Source: Deltaproteobacteria bacterium
GTDB taxonomy: Bacteria > Myxococcota_A > Polyangia > Fen-1088
DNA: 64,000 bases
NCBI GenBank assembly: GCA_033763315.1
Contig: JANRKS010000005.1
Location: forward strand, 192,001-256,000
Reading direction: 5' to 3'
The notes under the pieces: model-generated
Database searches by the model: none
Told to the model about the DNA's origin: nothing
Seen by the model: the letters and a program-made list of their open reading frames with translations, nothing else
Made by a program: the position numbers and the translations under genes
Part shown: in pieces, positions 1 through 8,642 of the stretch
Layout of the letters: every line of letters starts with the position of its first letter
Numbering within the stretch: position 1 is the first letter of the stretch

Positions 1-732
1 GGCCAACTCCTCGATGACCTGCGCCGCCCCGAGCGCGTAACCAAACCGCAGCCCTGCCAGGCTGTACGATTTGCTCAGCGTCCTCGATAGCACCACGTTC
101 GGGCAGTCTGCGAGCAAAGGCAGGCCGCTTTCCTCGGCGAACTCAACATACGCCTCATCGATCAACACCAAGCCCGCAAAACTGTGAGCGAACTGGCGCA
201 ACGTTTCCGTGGAAACCACTGTGCCGCTCGGCGCGTTGGGGTTCGTGATGAACACCACGCGTGCCCCGGTGGCCCGCAGCGCTTCGGCGGGCAACGTCCA
301 ACGATCGTTCCATGCCACCGGCGCCACGCGCGCCCCGTGGATCTCTGCCAGCACGGGATAAAGCGAATAGCTGGGGTCAGGGTAGGCCAGCACATCGCCT
401 GCGTTCAGATACGCGCGAATCACGATGTTCAGAATGTCGTCGCTGCCATTGCCCGCCAACACCTGCGCGGGGCTCACGCCATAAAGCTGGGCGGCGGCTT
501 CCCTGAAGGCATCGGCCATGGGCGACGGGTAACGTCGCAATCGATCCACGTCGAAGTTGTTGATCGCTTCTGCCACGAGTGGGCTTGGCGGATAAGGGTT
601 CTCGTTGGTGTTGAGTTTGATGATCTTCTCACCCGGCTTGGGTTGCTCGCCCGGCGTATAGCCAGCCGAGCGCGCCACAGATTCGCGGGGCGGTGGAAAC
701 GGAACGGGTGTTCGCATGGATCGTTTGCTCAT
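1..732 (-). CDS. hisC: Histidinol-phosphate aminotransferase (3' end runs off the window)
   Basis: Not in the ORF track (no stop in window). Hand translation from ATG 732/717: ...SAGYTPGEQPKPGEKIIKLNTNENPYPPSP...LRRYP...; IDEAY and RTLSKSYSLAGLRFGY (PLP lysine) near the window edge. Confidence 0.92.
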   Translation of the reverse strand, partial: MSKRSMRTPVPFPPPRESVARSAGYTPGEQPKPGEKIIKLNTNENPYPPSPLVAEAINNFDVDRLRRYPSPMADAFREAAAQLYGVSPAQVLAGNGSDDILNIVIRAYLNAGDVLAYPDPSYSLYPVLAEIHGARVAPVAWNDRWTLPAEALRATGARVVFITNPNAPSGTVVSTETLRQFAHSFAGLVLIDEAYVEFAEESGLPLLADCPNVVLSRTLSKSYSLAGLRFGYALGAAQVIEELA

Positions 733-766
733 GGGAGGGCAATTTCAAAGAAAAGGGACCGGCGTC

Positions 767-2029
767 TTACGCCAGATAGGGAATCGTCATCGGGCCCTCA
801 GGCAACACAGCGATGGGCGTGTCGAGGCCGCGCTTTTGCAGCTCCAGCGTGAGCCGGGCCGAGATGTCTTTGACGGGTTCGATGTGGGCTGCCTGCAAAT
901 CGACATCAGCCATTTCACTGTAAACGCCGACCTTCGCGCGGTTTGCGATCAGCGCAAACAACTGCGCTTGCCACTGATCGAATTTTGAGAAGCCCGGCGT
1001 GTTGATGGTGTCGAGGATGGCTTGCGGCGACGCGTGCTGCGTGAGGAATTCACGGAAATTGCCGTGCGCTGGGAAACCATCGTTGCAGCGGGCGGCCGCC
1101 AAGATCAAACCACCGTCGGCGACGATTTGCGCCGCCGCTGACATGCCTTTGACGGTTTGATACAGGTTTTGATCAAGCGGAAAGCCCGAGTTGCTTGTGA
1201 CGACAATCGGATAAGGATGCGGGCACGCCACCATCGCGGTGCTTTTGGCGAACGCACAACCAGCTTCGTGCGCCGTAAGGGGATCGCCACAGAAAAAACG
1301 CGTGATTTGGCGTTTGCGGTTGAGCGTAACGTTCAACAAGAAGTCGAGCGGCAACACTTGCCCGTAGGCGCGAACCTGATCTTGCGTGGGGTTGTCGTGC
1401 AGGCGCCCCCACGTGCTGCGCGGATCACCAATCACCTGGGCGCGGTGGTAGTGCATGATGGTGTTGATGTCGGCGATCGCTGGGAAGATGCCCTTGTAGC
1501 CGCCGGAGAACCCCGCCATGAAGTGGGGCTCTATGAAGCCGAGCGCGATGCGTTTGTCGGCCTCCACATACTCGCGGTTCATATACACTTTGCGGCCATC
1601 GGGGCCGGTGCCCGCAAGGGCCAAAGTGCTGGGATCGTGCGCGTCGTGGTTCACCACGCGGTAGCGCGAAAGCACGTCGGCGCCCACCATTTGCGCAAGC
1701 TCTGCTTGCGTATTGGCGCGGTGAGAGCCCGTGCCATTGATGATCACAATGTTGGCGTCGGGCACATGGGGCAGCGCCTTGAACAACCATGGCAGCAAAC
1801 GGTCTGAAGGCAGCGGCCGGGTGCCGTCAGGGATCACCACCGCCAAGCGCTCGTGGCTTTGCACGATCTCACGTAAGGGGCGACCGCCGAGCGGCGCCGC
1901 CGCCACCTGGGCGAAGGCCGCGGCTTCATCGGTCAGGCCCGGCACGAAAGTGGGTTCGATGATGCGGACGTTGTTTCCGGGCACATCAATGGGTAGGCCC
2001 GTGGTTCCGTATTGCAGGTTTATGTTCAT
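767..2029 (-). CDS. larA: Nickel-pincer-dependent lactate racemase family (LarA/DUF2088) protein
   Basis: 420 aa; motifs VIPDGTRP, GTGSHR, IEPHFMAGFSGGYK, PLDQNLYQTVKG typical of the LarA family. Confidence 0.85.
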   Translation of the reverse strand: MNINLQYGTTGLPIDVPGNNVRIIEPTFVPGLTDEAAAFAQVAAAPLGGRPLREIVQSHERLAVVIPDGTRPLPSDRLLPWLFKALPHVPDANIVIINGTGSHRANTQAELAQMVGADVLSRYRVVNHDAHDPSTLALAGTGPDGRKVYMNREYVEADKRIALGFIEPHFMAGFSGGYKGIFPAIADINTIMHYHRAQVIGDPRSTWGRLHDNPTQDQVRAYGQVLPLDFLLNVTLNRKRQITRFFCGDPLTAHEAGCAFAKSTAMVACPHPYPIVVTSNSGFPLDQNLYQTVKGMSAAAQIVADGGLILAAARCNDGFPAHGNFREFLTQHASPQAILDTINTPGFSKFDQWQAQLFALIANRAKVGVYSEMADVDLQAAHIEPVKDISARLTLELQKRGLDTPIAVLPEGPMTIPYLA

Positions 2030-2179
2030 GGGAAGCGAGCCTGTGAAGTTAACACGGAAAGCCCGTGGGCAATGGGGCGTCGTCGTGCGTCATGTGAGGT
2101 ACGTTCAGTGCCTGGGTGGGGCTCATCACCTGTGTCCGGGCCTCGCGCCTGCGACGCTTGCGGTATATATCCGCCCCTC

Positions 2180-2899
2180 ATGAAACTCCTCGCCCCCGAC
2201 GTTGCCACCGCCGCCGCTCGCCTTGAGGGCCAACCCGCCCAGGACGTGCTGGCGTGGGCCCTGCAGACCTTTGGCAACCGGCTCGCCATCGCTTCAAGCT
2301 TCTCAATCGAAGACTGCGTTGTCATCGACATCGCCGCGAAAATTGACCCTCAAGTGCGCGTGTTCGCGCTCGACACGGGCCGCTTGCCGGAAGAGACGTA
2401 TCAGACCGCCGATCGCGTGCGCGACAAGTATCGGCTGCAGATCGAGTGGTACTTTCCTGCCCGCGACGCTGTTGAAGTTATGGAACGCAACAAGGGCATG
2501 TTCAGTTTCATGGAATCGCTCGACAACCGCCACGAGTGCTGCGGCATCCGCAAGGTGGAGCCGTTGAACCGCGCGCTGGCCACGGTGGACGCGTGGGTTA
2601 CGGGCCTGCGCCGCGAACAAGCGGTGACCCGTTCGAATACGCCCGAAGTTGAATTTGACGAAGGCCACGGCGGCATCGCCAAGCTGAACCCGATCATTGG
2701 CTGGTCAGAAGAGCAAACGCGTGCGTACGCCAAAGCCAACCGCGTGCCCGTGCACCCGCTGCATGATCGGGGTTACCCGTCGATTGGCTGCGCGCCCTGC
2801 ACGCGTGCCGTGGCGCCGGGCGAGCACCCGCGCGCTGGTCGCTGGTGGTGGGAGAATCCTGAAAGCAAAGAATGCGGTTTGCATCCCGTAAGGGGATGA
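2180..2899 (+). CDS. cysH: APS/PAPS reductase (Fe-S-type, APS reductase-like)
   Basis: LDTGRLPEETY, ECCGIRKVEPL, TGLRREQ, GYPSIGCAPCT, C-terminal KECGLH; the CC...CxxC Fe-S ligands indicate APS type. Start re-called at ATG 2180. Confidence 0.93.
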   Translation: MKLLAPDVATAAARLEGQPAQDVLAWALQTFGNRLAIASSFSIEDCVVIDIAAKIDPQVRVFALDTGRLPEETYQTADRVRDKYRLQIEWYFPARDAVEVMERNKGMFSFMESLDNRHECCGIRKVEPLNRALATVDAWVTGLRREQAVTRSNTPEVEFDEGHGGIAKLNPIIGWSEEQTRAYAKANRVPVHPLHDRGYPSIGCAPCTRAVAPGEHPRAGRWWWENPESKECGLHPVRG

Positions 2900-2909
2900 G
2901 GTGCCTGCG

Positions 2910-3368
2910 CTAGGGCGCGAGGTTGACGTCCGTGGGATCCGGGCGGGTTTGCCATTGCGGCGGCTGGTCCGGATCCGCTTCCAGATCGCTCAACTGAATC
3001 TTCATGGCGCCTGACGAGAGCTGGATTTCGCGCACCGAGATCAGCAGCGAGGCCATCATCATCACGAGGCTGACGCCGAACACGGCCTTGGCCACTTGAG
3101 GCACCCCGGCGAACAGCAGGAACATCGCCACCACGCACAGAAACAACGCGATGACGCCTGTGCCTTGCATCTTCCGAATGAGTTCAAGACGTGTGCGCAG
3201 GTTTTGGATTTGCGCCACCAGCAGCTTGCTGCGGTTTTGCTGGTATTGGGCGTGCAGCCCGCGCACCACCGTGGACAGCGCCAAGAAGCGGTTCGTGTAG
3301 GCCAGCAACAGCAAGGAAATCGCAGGGAACAGCAGGGCGGGGGTGCCCAAGGTCATGTCGCTATTCAT
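2910..3368 (-). CDS. DUF2721 family membrane protein
   Basis: TPALLFPAISLLLLAYTNRFL N-terminus with 3 TM segments. Confidence 0.8.
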   Translation of the reverse strand: MNSDMTLGTPALLFPAISLLLLAYTNRFLALSTVVRGLHAQYQQNRSKLLVAQIQNLRTRLELIRKMQGTGVIALFLCVVAMFLLFAGVPQVAKAVFGVSLVMMMASLLISVREIQLSSGAMKIQLSDLEADPDQPPQWQTRPDPTDVNLAP

Positions 3369-3410
3369 GACCACGAAGCATGACAGATGCGGCGGGGTGT
3401 TTGTGGCGGC

Positions 3411-3830
3411 CTAAGCCATCGCCGTGAGCGTGCCACGGCGGGCGTCGTTCTCGTCGTCTTGGTCGTCGTCGAGAACGTCGTTGAGCTTCAGATGTTCTCG
3501 GAGCGCCAGGCGGTGCTTGCGGATGTGTTCCTGCAGCAAGCGTTTGGCCGTGCGGAAGGCGTCACGGGCGGCGACGTAGGGGTTTTCATGTGAGCCGTCA
3601 AAAGCATGGTCTTTGCCAACCACCAGATCGACGCCTAGCAAGTGCAGCTCAACGCGCACCTGGTAACTCACGCCCTTGGTCTGGTGGGTGTGTGGGCGCA
3701 AAATGGTGGTGCGGCACCAGGTGATACCTCGGTGCATGCGCAGGAGGCGATCGGCTTTGCGGCGGATGTTGGATTCCAACGTCGGCGAAGCGGGAACATC
3801 ACGGAAAACGATTTGAATGGCTTCAGTCAT
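3411..3830 (-). CDS. HPF/RaiA (sigma54 modulation) ribosome-associated protein
   Basis: IQIVFRDV..SPTLE...YQVRVELHL.G.DLVV...NPYVAARDAF fold pattern; GGAGG RBS before ATG 3830. Confidence 0.85.
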   Translation of the reverse strand: MTEAIQIVFRDVPASPTLESNIRRKADRLLRMHRGITWCRTTILRPHTHQTKGVSYQVRVELHLLGVDLVVGKDHAFDGSHENPYVAARDAFRTAKRLLQEHIRKHRLALREHLKLNDVLDDDQDDENDARRGTLTAMA

Positions 3831-3852
3831 TGGAACCTCCAACCGTTTGTGC

Positions 3853-3868
3853 TGCTACTTCTGTGCCA
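3853..3868 (-). promoter_or_regulatory. Putative sigma54 (-24/-12) promoter for HPF gene
   Basis: Minus strand TGGCACAGAAGTAGCA (GG-N10-GC) just upstream of the HPF RBS. Confidence 0.6.
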
Positions 3869-3982
3869 CGGCCTGGTGCGCACGACGCTGGGGCATCCGG
3901 GCCGCAAAGTGCAGGGAATGCCTGCGAGCCATGTGAATGTGCACGCCTTGCGCGAATGGCGGTGAAACGCTGCCACCACGCG

Positions 3983-3998
3983 TGGCACAGGACGTGCT
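3983..3998 (+). promoter_or_regulatory. Putative sigma54 promoter for USP/hybrid kinase genes
   Basis: TGGCACAGGACGTGCT (GG-N10-GC), 15 nt before ATG 4014; shares CGTGGCACAG with the divergent site. Confidence 0.6.
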
Positions 3999-4013
3999 GA
4001 GCCAACAGGTGCC

Positions 4014-5390
4014 ATGAACATACTTGTTGCAACGGATTTCACGAAGCCATCAGAGCACGCGGTTCAACTGGCGGCCGCTTTGGCGAAACGCTTGGGTGAT
4101 GGCTTGATCATCGCGTACGCGCACGAGCCGTCGACGGTTACATCGCCGGATTTCGCCGTTGACGTGGAAGCCTTAGAAGCGGCGGTGGTGCAAAAGGCCG
4201 AGGCAGGTCTCAAGCAGCTGGCGCGAGATTTGGTGGCCAACGGCGTGTCTGTGCAAACGCGTGTGGTGCGTGGGGCTGTGGTCGATAGCCTTGTGAAACT
4301 GGGTCACGACGAACAGGCTCGTTTCATTGTGGCTGGCACACACGCGCGTGGCACTGTGGGGCGGTTGTTGTTGGGCAGCGTCGCAGAGCGATTGGTGTTG
4401 CAGGCCGACCGACCCGTGTTGGTGGCGCGCGGCAGTGGCGACGAAGGGCTTCGCGCTTGGGCCGTGGGTGAGCGCCCCTTGCACGTGGCGGTGGCCGTGG
4501 ATCTCAGTGTGGCGTCCAAGGTGGGCGTGGAATGGATTCGGCAACTGCGGGCCGCGATGCCGTGTGATGTGACGTTCTTGCATTTTTATTGGCCGCCCGA
4601 GCAGTTTGCGCGGCTGGGCATCAGCACCGAAGCCGCTTTGGACGCCGCCGATCCTGTGACCGTGGCTGTGATTGAAAAGGAGCTGCGCGCGTTCGTGGGT
4701 GAATTGCCTGGGTCGGGGCGCGTGGCGTTTAAGATCGAGAGCAATTGGGGCGAGCTCGGCAGCCACTTGGCGTCAGCGGCCAGCGACGTCGATGCAGATT
4801 TGCTGGTGATGGGCGTGCACCAACGGCGCGGCGCCAAGCGTTTGTTTTTGGGCTCCACCGTTGCCCCCACCTTGCATGCCGCCATTGTGCCCGTGCTGGC
4901 TGTGTCGCGTGTTGATGAGGTGGCCGAGCGGACGCAGATCCCCACCATCTCGCAAGTGTTGGTGGCCACGGATCTGTCGAACTTAAGCGGCGGCGCTGTG
5001 CCCTATGCTTACAGCTTGGTTGAACGCGGCGGCGTGGTTCATTTGCTGCACGTGGCGGATCGCAACGACAAGCACAGTGTGTGGGATTTCTCGTTGAGCA
5101 AGGGCAAAGGCCTGCCGCTGCCCGTGGCTGCGGAGATCGAGGCAGCGCTGCGGGCGCTTGTGCCCGACGGTGCGGATCGACGTGACATTCGCACGCAGGT
5201 GCACGTTGTGGAAGGCGGCCGCGTGAGCACCCTCATCTTGCAGCATGCGGGCCGGTTAGGCGTGAACGCCATTTGCGTCGGCTCGCACGGTGCGGGTGGG
5301 TTGGGTAAAGTGTTGGTGGGTTCCGTCGCCCAGCAAGTGCTCGAGGGCGCCACGGTGCCTGTGTTTGTTGTGCGCGGCTTGCGCGCGTAG
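4014..5390 (+). CDS. Universal stress protein with three USP domains
   Basis: Three ILVATDF/VAVAVDL/VLVATDL starts and three G.H...LGS(V/T) motifs. Confidence 0.92.
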   Translation: MNILVATDFTKPSEHAVQLAAALAKRLGDGLIIAYAHEPSTVTSPDFAVDVEALEAAVVQKAEAGLKQLARDLVANGVSVQTRVVRGAVVDSLVKLGHDEQARFIVAGTHARGTVGRLLLGSVAERLVLQADRPVLVARGSGDEGLRAWAVGERPLHVAVAVDLSVASKVGVEWIRQLRAAMPCDVTFLHFYWPPEQFARLGISTEAALDAADPVTVAVIEKELRAFVGELPGSGRVAFKIESNWGELGSHLASAASDVDADLLVMGVHQRRGAKRLFLGSTVAPTLHAAIVPVLAVSRVDEVAERTQIPTISQVLVATDLSNLSGGAVPYAYSLVERGGVVHLLHVADRNDKHSVWDFSLSKGKGLPLPVAAEIEAALRALVPDGADRRDIRTQVHVVEGGRVSTLILQHAGRLGVNAICVGSHGAGGLGKVLVGSVAQQVLEGATVPVFVVRGLRA

Positions 5391-5435
5391 ACGCCTTCGC
5401 TTTACACCGCCAGCGTCGTCGCTCATTGTTGGGGC

Positions 5436-6857
5436 ATGACGCCGCTGGTTTTGATCGTCGATGATGATGAGGCACTGGCTGACAACCTCGCGGAGATAGT
5501 CGAGACGCTGCCGTGTGCGCCTCGCACGGTCTCGAACGGACATGAGGCTTTGGCCGTGGCTGCGGCGGGTGATGTGGCCGTGGCGTTGGTTGATGTGAGG
5601 TTGCCTGACGGCGGCGGCAGTGAGCTGGCGCGACGCTTGCGCCATGAGGTGCCGCTGGTGCAGGTCATCATGATCACGGGCGATGCGACGGTTGAAAGCG
5701 CCATTGCGGCCGTGGGTGATGGCGCGTTCGCGTTTGTGCTTAAGCCATTCGATGTGCCGCGCTTGCTCGACACCGTGAAACAGGCGTTGGCGCGGGCCAC
5801 TTTGTTGCGAGAGCGCGCGCGTTTGCAGCTTGAATTGGAGCGCAGCGAACGGCGGCACCGTGAGGTTGTGGAGGCGGTGCCTGCGTTTGTGCTGGGGTTG
5901 GACGCGCAGGGGCGGATCGTGCTGTGGAACCGGCGGCTTGAGGAGATCACCGGGTTTTCTCGCGACGTGATGTTGGGGCGCGACGGGCGGCAATTTGTGG
6001 GGGAGGGGCCCACGGCCATCCCCACGTCCGCAGGATCGGAAGTGCTGGTTCGCTGGGAGCGCGCGGCGGCAGAACACGATAACCCTGTGACCTACGCCGT
6101 GGGTATAGACGTAACCCGGGAACAAGAGATGGCGCGGCGAACGTTGCGGGCCGAGCGGCTTGCGGCCGTGGGCACTTTGGCCGCGGGATTGGCGCACGAG
6201 ATTCGCAATCCGTTGAACGCCGCGACCTTGCAGCTGCAGCTGTTGACGCGTCGGTTGGACCGGGGGGACAGCTCGGCCGAAACCGTGCGATCAATTACCC
6301 AGGTTGTTCAAAGTGAGATTGAGCGCCTGGAGCGGTTGGTCAATGACTTCTTGGCTTTTGCGCGGCCGCACCCGCTGCAGGTGGCGTCGATGGACCTTCG
6401 TGAAGTGGTGGGAGCCGTCCTATCGTTCTTAGAACCCGAGGCCGAGCTGCGACACGTAAAGGTGGTGTGCGACACGGGCGAGCTTGTGCCGCCCGTGGAA
6501 GGGGATCGCGAACGGCTGCGCCAGGTGCTGCTTAACCTGGCTCGCAATGCCATAGAGGCCATGCCCGACGGTGGCGTTCTGACGGTGCGTGTGCACGCTT
6601 CCCGGGATGGCGTATCGCTTGAGGTGGAAGACACCGGGGTTGGCATCGAGAACGACTCCGCCATCTTCGATGCGTTCTACACAACCAAGCCCCAAGGCAC
6701 CGGCCTGGGCCTGAGTCTCGTCCACCGCATCATCGGCGACCACGGCGGCACCATCGCCGTAAAATCGCAACCTGGGAGTACCCGCTTCACTATCTGGCTG
6801 CCCCTCGCCGTCGTCTCTCCCCCCTCTCCCCGGCCTCGCCAGCCCGTGCCGCTATGA
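5436..6857 (+). CDS. Hybrid receiver-PAS-histidine kinase
   Basis: N-terminal REC (IVDDD, DVRLPD, KP), PAS-like segment, HisKA AHEIRNPL, HATPase NLARNA/DTGVG/GTGLGL. Confidence 0.92.
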   Translation: MTPLVLIVDDDEALADNLAEIVETLPCAPRTVSNGHEALAVAAAGDVAVALVDVRLPDGGGSELARRLRHEVPLVQVIMITGDATVESAIAAVGDGAFAFVLKPFDVPRLLDTVKQALARATLLRERARLQLELERSERRHREVVEAVPAFVLGLDAQGRIVLWNRRLEEITGFSRDVMLGRDGRQFVGEGPTAIPTSAGSEVLVRWERAAAEHDNPVTYAVGIDVTREQEMARRTLRAERLAAVGTLAAGLAHEIRNPLNAATLQLQLLTRRLDRGDSSAETVRSITQVVQSEIERLERLVNDFLAFARPHPLQVASMDLREVVGAVLSFLEPEAELRHVKVVCDTGELVPPVEGDRERLRQVLLNLARNAIEAMPDGGVLTVRVHASRDGVSLEVEDTGVGIENDSAIFDAFYTTKPQGTGLGLSLVHRIIGDHGGTIAVKSQPGSTRFTIWLPLAVVSPPSPRPRQPVPL

Positions 6858-6899
6858 GGCGTCCCCGTGCCGCTGTGAGGCGTCCCAGGTTGCGTTTTT
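6761..6899. repeat. REPIN-like inverted doublet: 17-bp arms (1 mismatch) around a 105-bp spacer
   Basis: AAAATCGCAACCTGGGA (6761-6777) versus TCCCAGGTTGCGTTTTT (6883-6899), directly upstream of the HUH nuclease. Confidence 0.75.
6843..6884 (+). repeat. 21-bp tandem duplication
   Basis: CCCGTGCCGCTATGAGGCGTC / CCCGTGCCGCTGTGAGGCGTC (1 mismatch), running into CCCAGGTT at 6884. Confidence 0.9.
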
Positions 6900-6945
6900 T
6901 GCGCTTTGGTCGCAACAAATCTCTGCGGCTCGCGATAACGGGAAT

Positions 6946-7857
6946 ATGACAATGCCTCGTCGGATCGTTCGCGGTTTCACCTATCTCATCACGCGTCGAT
7001 GCACTCAAAGAGAGTTTCTGCTTCGGCCGGGAGAGGAGACGAACAACGCCTTCATCTATTGTCTCGCGCTCGCGGCACAGCTATGCGGTATAGACATTCA
7101 CGCTTTCGTTGCGAGCAGCAATCACTACCATTCCGTCATCACTGATCGCGAAGGTCGCTTGCCTGAATTTCTTGAATATTTCCACAAGCTCATGGCGAAA
7201 CACCAGAACGCCTTGCTCGATCGCTCTGAGAATATGTGGAGCTCCGAACGGACGTCCGTTGTGCGATTGGTATCAACGGAGGATGCCTTGGCAAAGCTCG
7301 TTTACACGCTGACCAACCCTGTGAAGGATCAGTTGGTCGAGAAGGCACACCACTGGCCCGGCGCAATCTCCTATCACGCGTGCTTGCATGGCAAAGTACT
7401 TCGCGCGACAAAACCCAAACGCTTTTTTCGCGCTGGCGGTCATCTGAAACAGGAAGTGCAGCTCGTGTGTGTGCCTTTGCCTGGCTACGAGGACGACGTC
7501 GAAGGGTACCGTCGCAAGCTGGCGCAGGAAATCGAGGCTGTGGAGCTGGCTGCTGCGCAACAACGCGCAAGGGATGGCAGCCGTGTGATAGGCCGCAGAA
7601 CGATCCTTACACAACGTCCCACGGATCGGCCTTCGTCGCGGCCGCTGAAGAAAGGCTTCAAGCCACAAATTGCAGCGCAGGACCCAACGCTAAGGGACCA
7701 GGCTCTTCATGAGCTGCGGCAGTTTCGCTGCACCTACGAAGTTGCTCGCCGGCAGTGGCTGGTAGATAAGGCTCATGCACTGCCATTGGGCACTTGGTGG
7801 TTGGCCCGCTTCGCTGGAGCGAAGACGGAACCGGGCCCGCTTGTCAGCGACGGATGA
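6946..7857 (+). CDS. REP-associated tyrosine transposase-like (RAYT/Y1 HUH) nuclease with long C-terminal extension
   Basis: N-terminal TYLITRRC, HUH motif SNHYH, W in ENMW, catalytic YTLTNPVK..LV....WP like the RAYT YxxxNPxK motif. At 303 aa it is about twice the size of IS200 TnpA; no tnpB nearby. Confidence 0.85.
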   Translation: MTMPRRIVRGFTYLITRRCTQREFLLRPGEETNNAFIYCLALAAQLCGIDIHAFVASSNHYHSVITDREGRLPEFLEYFHKLMAKHQNALLDRSENMWSSERTSVVRLVSTEDALAKLVYTLTNPVKDQLVEKAHHWPGAISYHACLHGKVLRATKPKRFFRAGGHLKQEVQLVCVPLPGYEDDVEGYRRKLAQEIEAVELAAAQQRARDGSRVIGRRTILTQRPTDRPSSRPLKKGFKPQIAAQDPTLRDQALHELRQFRCTYEVARRQWLVDKAHALPLGTWWLARFAGAKTEPGPLVSDG

Positions 7858-7869
7858 TCTGGTTGCGGC

Positions 7870-8625
7870 TCAGGCCAGTCCAGTAGGGGCTGAAGCCGCC
7901 GGGAACACACAGTTTCGACCGGCCTGTTTCGCGCCGTAAAGCGCCTTGTCTGCGGCGGCTATGAGCGTCTCCGGCGTTAATTGACCGTTTTGCCATTGTG
8001 CAACGCCGAACGAGGCTGTAACGGCCAACGGGCCCACATCCGAGGTTACTGCGAGTGACGCCATTGCTGCGCGCAGGCGTTCCGCCCAGCGTACGGCGTC
8101 CTCGGCACCCGTGTGCGGCAGCAAGACAAGAAACTCCTCTCCACCAAAGCGCGCCACGAAGTCGCCTTTGCGCTTGTGGCGCTCCAATGCTTGCGCCACA
8201 AATTTCAGGACTTGGTCGCCGACAGGGTGTCCGTGTTGGTCATTGATCGTCTTGAAATGATCGAGGTCAACCATCACAAGTGAAAGCGGCGTCTTGTAGC
8301 GTGCGCTGCGGGCGATCTCCTTACCCAACTCGGCGTCAAGTGCCCTTCGATTCGCAACCTGGGTCAGTGAATCCGTCAGCGTTTGAAGTTTTAGTTGTTC
8401 GGATAGGGTTCGCAGCTCGGCGTTGCGGTCGGCGAGCATGTCTTCTCGCCGTCCAATCATCCAGCCAGCGACGGCCAAGAACAACATTCCTCCCGATGCC
8501 ATCACTGCGAAAAGCAACCTGGGATCGGGTGGTCCCCCGCGGACGAGCGTGTAAGCAAACATGCCCGCAGGCGCTAGCAAACCAACCACGGCTCCGACGA
8601 GCGCGAACTCTTGTGCGTATGTCAA
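7870..8625 (-). CDS. Membrane-anchored diguanylate cyclase (GGDEF)
   Basis: 2 N-terminal TM helices, DLDHFKTINDQHGH, I-site RKGD, active site GGEEF. Confidence 0.93.
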   Translation of the reverse strand: MTYAQEFALVGAVVGLLAPAGMFAYTLVRGGPPDPRLLFAVMASGGMLFLAVAGWMIGRREDMLADRNAELRTLSEQLKLQTLTDSLTQVANRRALDAELGKEIARSARYKTPLSLVMVDLDHFKTINDQHGHPVGDQVLKFVAQALERHKRKGDFVARFGGEEFLVLLPHTGAEDAVRWAERLRAAMASLAVTSDVGPLAVTASFGVAQWQNGQLTPETLIAAADKALYGAKQAGRNCVFPAASAPTGLA

Positions 8626-8642
8626 TGCGGCCTATTTACGAT

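Noticed and set aside
184-852. 222-aa plus-strand ORF
   Set aside because: Antisense to hisC, which has clear family motifs.
6946-7857. Ordinary IS200/IS605 element
   Set aside because: No tnpB, no clear subterminal hairpins at both ends, the protein is too long, and its motifs are RAYT-like.
7883-7900. GTAGGGGCTGAAGCC as a canonical GTAG-REP downstream of the nuclease
   Set aside because: Single copy, very short stem, inside the GGDEF C-terminus; no repeats of it seen.
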